Position numbers and translations under genes: made by a program. From NCBI GenBank assembly GCA_964390795.1, contig CAYMLQ010000003.1, positions 1 through 58,493 of the forward strand: DNA of 58,493 nucleotides. The letters run 5' to 3'. The stretch is from an uncultured Lentisphaeraceae bacterium. GTDB taxonomy: Bacteria; Verrucomicrobiota; Kiritimatiellia; RFP12; UBA1067. Shown here piece after piece: positions 55,101 to 58,493 of the stretch. The notes below the pieces were generated by a model that did not search any database, had not been told where the DNA came from, and saw nothing but the letters and a program-made list of their open reading frames with translations. The first letter of the stretch is position 1; each line of letters begins with the position of its first letter.

Positions 55101-57745
55101 TTGTGGTGGGCGGCTCCATTTGGACGCTGAACGAAGAAGACCAGGTCGGCGTGGGATGCCTGAAAAATGCGGATGCCACCGGCGAAACACTGAGCTTCAG
55201 CGCGGGAACCATCACCTGGCTGAGAACCGGCGGGTTGCCGGAAGTGTGGCGAACCACCTTCGAAAGCACAACCAACAGCGGCGCACTCTGGAACCCGCTG
55301 GGTGAGGGCGAGCGCACTGCCGGCGGCTGGAAGCTGGACGGCGTTCCGGCGATCCTCGGAACCGTGCGCGCACGCGGGTTCACGGCCGGAGGTTCCTATG
55401 ACGGATCGGGCGGTATCATTGAAAGCGGAATGGGCGCACCGCTCATCACAGGCGCTCCAACAAGCTCCACAAACGTGGCCGGTTCGGCTGTGGCGTTCAG
55501 CGCATGGGTCATCGGCTCCGCACCGCTCAGCTACCAGTGGCGCAAAAACGGCGTGAACATTGCCGATGGCGGCAACCTCGCAGGCTCAGCCTCAGCGACG
55601 CTGAGACTGAGCGGTGTTTTGGGCGCTGATGCTGGCGACTACGATCTGCTCGTGTCGAACGCCGACGGCTGTGTAACCAGCGTCGTGGCGACGCTCACCG
55701 TGTTCGACCCGGTCATCCTCGATCCTCCGTTCACCCAGACAGGCGAGTTGGGAGGAGACGCCCTGTTCGGCGTGGTCGCGGCAGGTACGGAGCTGCACTA
55801 TCAATGGCAGAGAAACGGAGCGTCACTGACGGGTGCGACGAGTGACGTGCTGACGGTGACCGGCATCCAGGTTTCCGACGTCGGCTTTTACAGCGTCGTT
55901 GTCAGCGGCGCCTACGGCTGCGTCACGAGCGCAGTCGTCGCGCTTGAGGTGAACCTGGTGCAGGCCGATCCCGGTTTTCTGCCGGAACCGGACGGCCAAG
56001 TAGTCGCTATGGCCACGCAGCCCGATGGCAAGATCCTTTTCGGCGGCGATTTCTCGCATCTGGGAACGGCTCCGTGCGCCCATTTGGCCCGGTTTAACTC
56101 GGACGGCACGCCGGACAACACTTTCAGTACGGGGGCGGACGCGGGTATCTGGGCACTGGCGGTTCAGCCCGATGGCGGCCTCTTGGCGGGCGGCTGGTTC
56201 TCGTCGCTGGGCGGAGGCACGCGCAACTTCATTGGCCGACTAGACGCGCAAGGCACCTTGGACACCGGTTTCAACCCGGGCGCGAATAACGGCGTCTGCG
56301 CGCTGGCTGTTCAGCCTGACGGCGGCATCTTGGTCGGCGGCTGGTTCTCGTCGCTGGGCGGATCCACCTGCAACTACTTGGGCCGTCTCAGCGCGGCGGG
56401 CGCACTGGACACCGGCTTCAATCCCGATCCGGACGGCGTCGTCTATTCGCTGCTGCTTCAGGAGGACGGCGGCATTCTGGTTGGCGGCGCCTTCGGCACG
56501 CTGGGAGGCTCGACGCACAGCCATCTGGGCAGACTTAGCGTGGATGGAAACGTGGACGACACCTTCAACCCAGAACTTGACGGGCCGGTCTATGCGCTGG
56601 CCGTTCAGGCTGACGGTAAGATTCTGGTGGGTGGTTCCTTCGCGACGGCGAACGGCGAAGCACGCAACTGCATCGCAAGGCTGAACGCGGACGGCTCGCT
56701 GGACGGAAGCTTCAGCCTCGGCTTACAAGGCTATCAGGTGAACACGCTGGTTCTGCAGGCGAACGGCACGATCGTGATGGGCGGCGCGTTCTGGGAACTG
56801 GACGGACACACGCGATCCAATTTGGCAAGGTTGAAGGCCGACGGAACGCTGGATCCCGGTTTCACTCTAGGTGCAGACAACGAGGTGAAAGCGCTGTGCG
56901 TTCAGGCGGACGGCGGCGTTCTGGTCGGAGGCTTATTTGGAACGCTTGTCGGGGAGTCACGGTCGCTCTTGGCACGACTGCTCGCCTCGGAACCTGCGAC
57001 GGACTCTCTGAGCTATGAAGCGACGACAACCACCTGGCTGCGCGGCGGTGCGGCGCCTGAGGTGTGCAGAACCACATTCGAGTATACCACCAACGGCGTC
57101 GACTGGGTGCCGATGGGCGCCGGCTCCCGTATCGCGGGCGGCTGGCAACTGAGCGGCGTGTCTGCTGCGTCCATGCCTGTGCAGGCGCGGCAGGCCTCCA
57201 GCAAGATGACGACGTCCTCCTCTGGAGGCTCGGCCGTCACCGGCACCCTGATCCGCGCCCGCGGCTATGTGTCCTGCGGCACGTGGAACGGCTCTGGCGG
57301 CATCGTAGAGTCGACGCTGCTCGTTTCGACCCCGACCAAAGACGCGGACGGCGACGGCATTCCCGATTGGTGGACCCTCCTGTACTTTGGTCACCCGACC
57401 GGGCAGGAAGCAGATCTCTCGCGGGCCACGGACGATGCCGTCGGCACCGGGCAGAGCAACCACTTCAAGTACGTAGCCGGGCTTGATCCGACCAACTCCG
57501 CGTCCGTGTTCCGCTTGGATCTTAGGACTGTTCCGGGTCAAGCGAGCCAGAGGAAGCTCATCTTCAGCCCGCGCTGGGGCGATCGCTTCTACACGCCGCA
57601 AATGACCACCAACCTGGTCGCCGACGGCTCGTGGACGAATTTAACCTCCTCCATCACCGACGACAACAGCAGCGAACGCACGGTGATCGACGTGAACGCC
57701 GAAGGGCGGTGCCGTTTCTACCGCATCCTGATCACTCTGCCTTAG
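52199..57745 (+). CDS. Large secreted Delta-60-repeat / immunoglobulin-domain protein (1,848 aa)
   Basis: Signal peptide; three blocks of ALAVQxDGKILVGGxF...RLNxDGxLDxxF repeats; Ig I-set motifs (YQW, DAGxY); C-terminal DADGDGIPDWW...FYRI domain. AAAGGAG RBS before the ATG at 52199. Confidence 0.9.
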   Translation: MFIPACEQRLARFLIITMLSYAGWLPVGAQSPAADSFDPGPNGSVYALAVQPDGRMLVGGNFTWAGGTTRGRVARFDPDGELDSSFSADVNGGYASVLAVAVQADGGTLVGGTFTSLGGASHINLGRVAANGIVDDSFTANVNGQVSALAVQADGKILVGGGFSTLGGEAHNNLGRLNSDGTVDSAFNPYVSGGTVDTLAVQPDGKILVGGWFSVLGDSGHSYLGRLNADGSLDAGFTAYANYAVESLAVQADGKILVGGRFNALGGATRNNLGRLESDGTLDSSFNPAPNGIVYSLALQADGRIVAGGMFSSLGGQSCPRVGRLDANGVLDVTFTAGVDVYDYALALQSDGKLLVGGAFNLLGGLSRMNLGRLESAGAATNVLSADATSITWERGGTAPEVWRTTFESSTNGTEWTLLGAGARVPGGWHLDGLTGLGLIRARGYTTGGMYNSSGGIVESLIGRPVITLHPASSSRDAGAAAEFTVEAVGSQPFSYQWRFGGENLTDADGIDGATTSTLSVTGVWGAQAGGYAVIVSNAWGCVTSLVATLTVADPYIDSDPQSRIGQKDGACTFSVSAVGTALSYLWRKDGVILEGATDAALTLNSVQADDAGTYDVIVSGTYGSVTSAVAVLTVNLAVRDPALSPFNSGHVNALAMQPDGKLLIGGSWLWPLDGAQNGSARSLVRLNASGMLDTGFSPVLDSMSAVYALAVQPDGKILLGGWFSTVDGSPRQNIARLNADGTLDHDFAPDSDGSVYALAVLADGGILVGGAFGSLGGASCANVGKLDAFGVTDTAFVGSADSVVQTLAVQTDGKILLGGAFNTLDSQSRACLGRLNADGSLDAGFAPNASSTVYSSVVAALAVQADGRILVGGTFNTLDGVSRSYLGRLDASGTVDPAFAPEPDGDIRSLVLQANGGILIGGNFTLIGGAAHAGLARLDADGNPDAFFNPSVPSGLQALAVQSDGDIVVGGSIWTLNEEDQVGVGCLKNADATGETLSFSAGTITWLRTGGLPEVWRTTFESTTNSGALWNPLGEGERTAGGWKLDGVPAILGTVRARGFTAGGSYDGSGGIIESGMGAPLITGAPTSSTNVAGSAVAFSAWVIGSAPLSYQWRKNGVNIADGGNLAGSASATLRLSGVLGADAGDYDLLVSNADGCVTSVVATLTVFDPVILDPPFTQTGELGGDALFGVVAAGTELHYQWQRNGASLTGATSDVLTVTGIQVSDVGFYSVVVSGAYGCVTSAVVALEVNLVQADPGFLPEPDGQVVAMATQPDGKILFGGDFSHLGTAPCAHLARFNSDGTPDNTFSTGADAGIWALAVQPDGGLLAGGWFSSLGGGTRNFIGRLDAQGTLDTGFNPGANNGVCALAVQPDGGILVGGWFSSLGGSTCNYLGRLSAAGALDTGFNPDPDGVVYSLLLQEDGGILVGGAFGTLGGSTHSHLGRLSVDGNVDDTFNPELDGPVYALAVQADGKILVGGSFATANGEARNCIARLNADGSLDGSFSLGLQGYQVNTLVLQANGTIVMGGAFWELDGHTRSNLARLKADGTLDPGFTLGADNEVKALCVQADGGVLVGGLFGTLVGESRSLLARLLASEPATDSLSYEATTTTWLRGGAAPEVCRTTFEYTTNGVDWVPMGAGSRIAGGWQLSGVSAASMPVQARQASSKMTTSSSGGSAVTGTLIRARGYVSCGTWNGSGGIVESTLLVSTPTKDADGDGIPDWWTLLYFGHPTGQEADLSRATDDAVGTGQSNHFKYVAGLDPTNSASVFRLDLRTVPGQASQRKLIFSPRWGDRFYTPQMTTNLVADGSWTNLTSSITDDNSSERTVIDVNAEGRCRFYRILITLP

Positions 57746-57754
57746 TCGTTGTAT

Positions 57755-58195
57755 TTATCCCTGCCGCGCCAGTGCGTCCGCCGCCGCCACACACACGAAG
57801 CCCGACGTGTCGGCCGCGAGCATCGCCAGCACCGGTTCTGGCGATGCGGCGTGTTTGCCGAGGATTGCTAACCCGATCGCTGCCCACCACCGGACCGGCA
57901 TGGACTCGTCCCCCGCGGCCTTCATCAGAGCCGGCAGATTCGCCGCGTCCTTCGCGGAGGCCAGCAGGGCCGTGTCCAGCACGCGTTTGACCGGCTACGC
58001 GCTCTCGCGCCGGGACGCCTCATAGCCCTCTTCCTCGCACCATTCTGGCAGCAGCCCGTTGTCGCGGTTCTCAAGCATCTGCGCGGCCAGCGCCTGACGC
58101 AAGGCCGCAAGCCGCTCCGCCTGTTCCGCAAGATTGGCGACGTTGTCAGGATCTGCCTTGAGCTCGTACAGCTCTTCGGATGGCATGTTTCCCCA
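57755..58195 (-). pseudogene. Sulfatase C-terminal fragment with HEAT repeats
   Basis: PSEELYELKADPDNVANLA...RDNGLLPE (sulfatase C-terminus), an in-frame TAG at 57997-57995, then in the same frame DESMPVRWWAAIGL...VAAADAL (HEAT-like). The catalytic N-terminus is absent. Confidence 0.72.
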
Positions 58196-58200
58196 AGACA

Positions 58201-58493
58201 TCGCTGTCGCGGGCGAAGGTGGTACTCGACGATAAGGAGCGCGCTGAACTGGAGCGCGTTTACGCCTCGCCGGCCTACGCCAAGGACAAGGAGAAGGCTC
58301 GGGCGCTTCTTCTTGCGACGGAGGGCATCTACAGCTATGAGATGCTGGCGGGCATCGTGCGGCGTTCTCGCGCAACGGTGGTCAACTGGTTCAGGGACTT
58401 CTGCGTGAAGTGGTGTAACGCCCACAGCGAGATGGCGAGGCAAACGCCGTGCTACACCGTTGGAGGGGCGGTCTACAAGACAGGCGTGTTCGG
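58201..58493 (+). mobile_element. IS630-like transposase N-terminal helix-turn-helix fragment (open to the window end)
   Basis: Translates as VVLDDKERAELERVY...KARALLLATEGIYSYEMLAGIVRRSRATVVNWFRDF and abuts the truncated sulfatase. No DDE domain is visible. Confidence 0.55.

Noticed and set aside
57995-57997. In-frame TAG as programmed recoding (pyrrolysine or readthrough)
   Set aside because: The gene is also truncated at its 5' end, and TAG is an ordinary stop in several intact genes here, so pseudogenisation is the simpler explanation.

Overview
GC-rich bacterial chromosomal segment, probably from a Kiritimatiellia/Verrucomicrobiota-type (PVC) organism. That taxonomy is inferred from the style of the secreted proteins and was not checked by a search. 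From left to right: (1) a sulfate assimilation operon (sbp-cysTWA-cysH-cysD-cysN-sulfite reductase) that ends just before a 28-bp XerCD dif-like site at 8899-8926, where gene orientation flips, so the window probably contains the replication terminus; (2) housekeeping and regulatory genes (HEXXH lipoprotein, ECF sigma and partner, rsfS, nadD, an orphan MalK-type ATPase, a YbeD-like protein, a DinJ/YafQ toxin-antitoxin pair, lpxK-murJ-murG); (3) two convergent blocks of uncharacterised carbohydrate-type enzymes (cupin, Fe-ADH, PHP protein; and AroE-like dehydrogenase, archaeal-type cupin PGI, D-2-hydroxyacid dehydrogenase, a diheme hydrazine-synthase-alpha-like secreted protein, MBL hydrolase) that flank (4) a 6,433-aa PATR-repeat adhesin-like protein with a PA14-like domain, no autotransporter barrel and a C-terminal GTLIRLR tail; (5) a decayed zone with a ricin-lectin fragment, an ISAs1 remnant, an intact 1,848-aa Delta-60/Ig surface protein, a sulfatase pseudogene and an IS630-like fragment. 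The best leads are the CysK-docking-like tails on CysA (EYVI) and CysN (DYCI, carried on a degenerate APS-kinase domain), two different barrel-independent C-terminal sorting signals, and the HzsA-like protein embedded in a sugar operon. No rRNA, tRNA or CRISPR array was seen. All calls come from motif recognition by eye.
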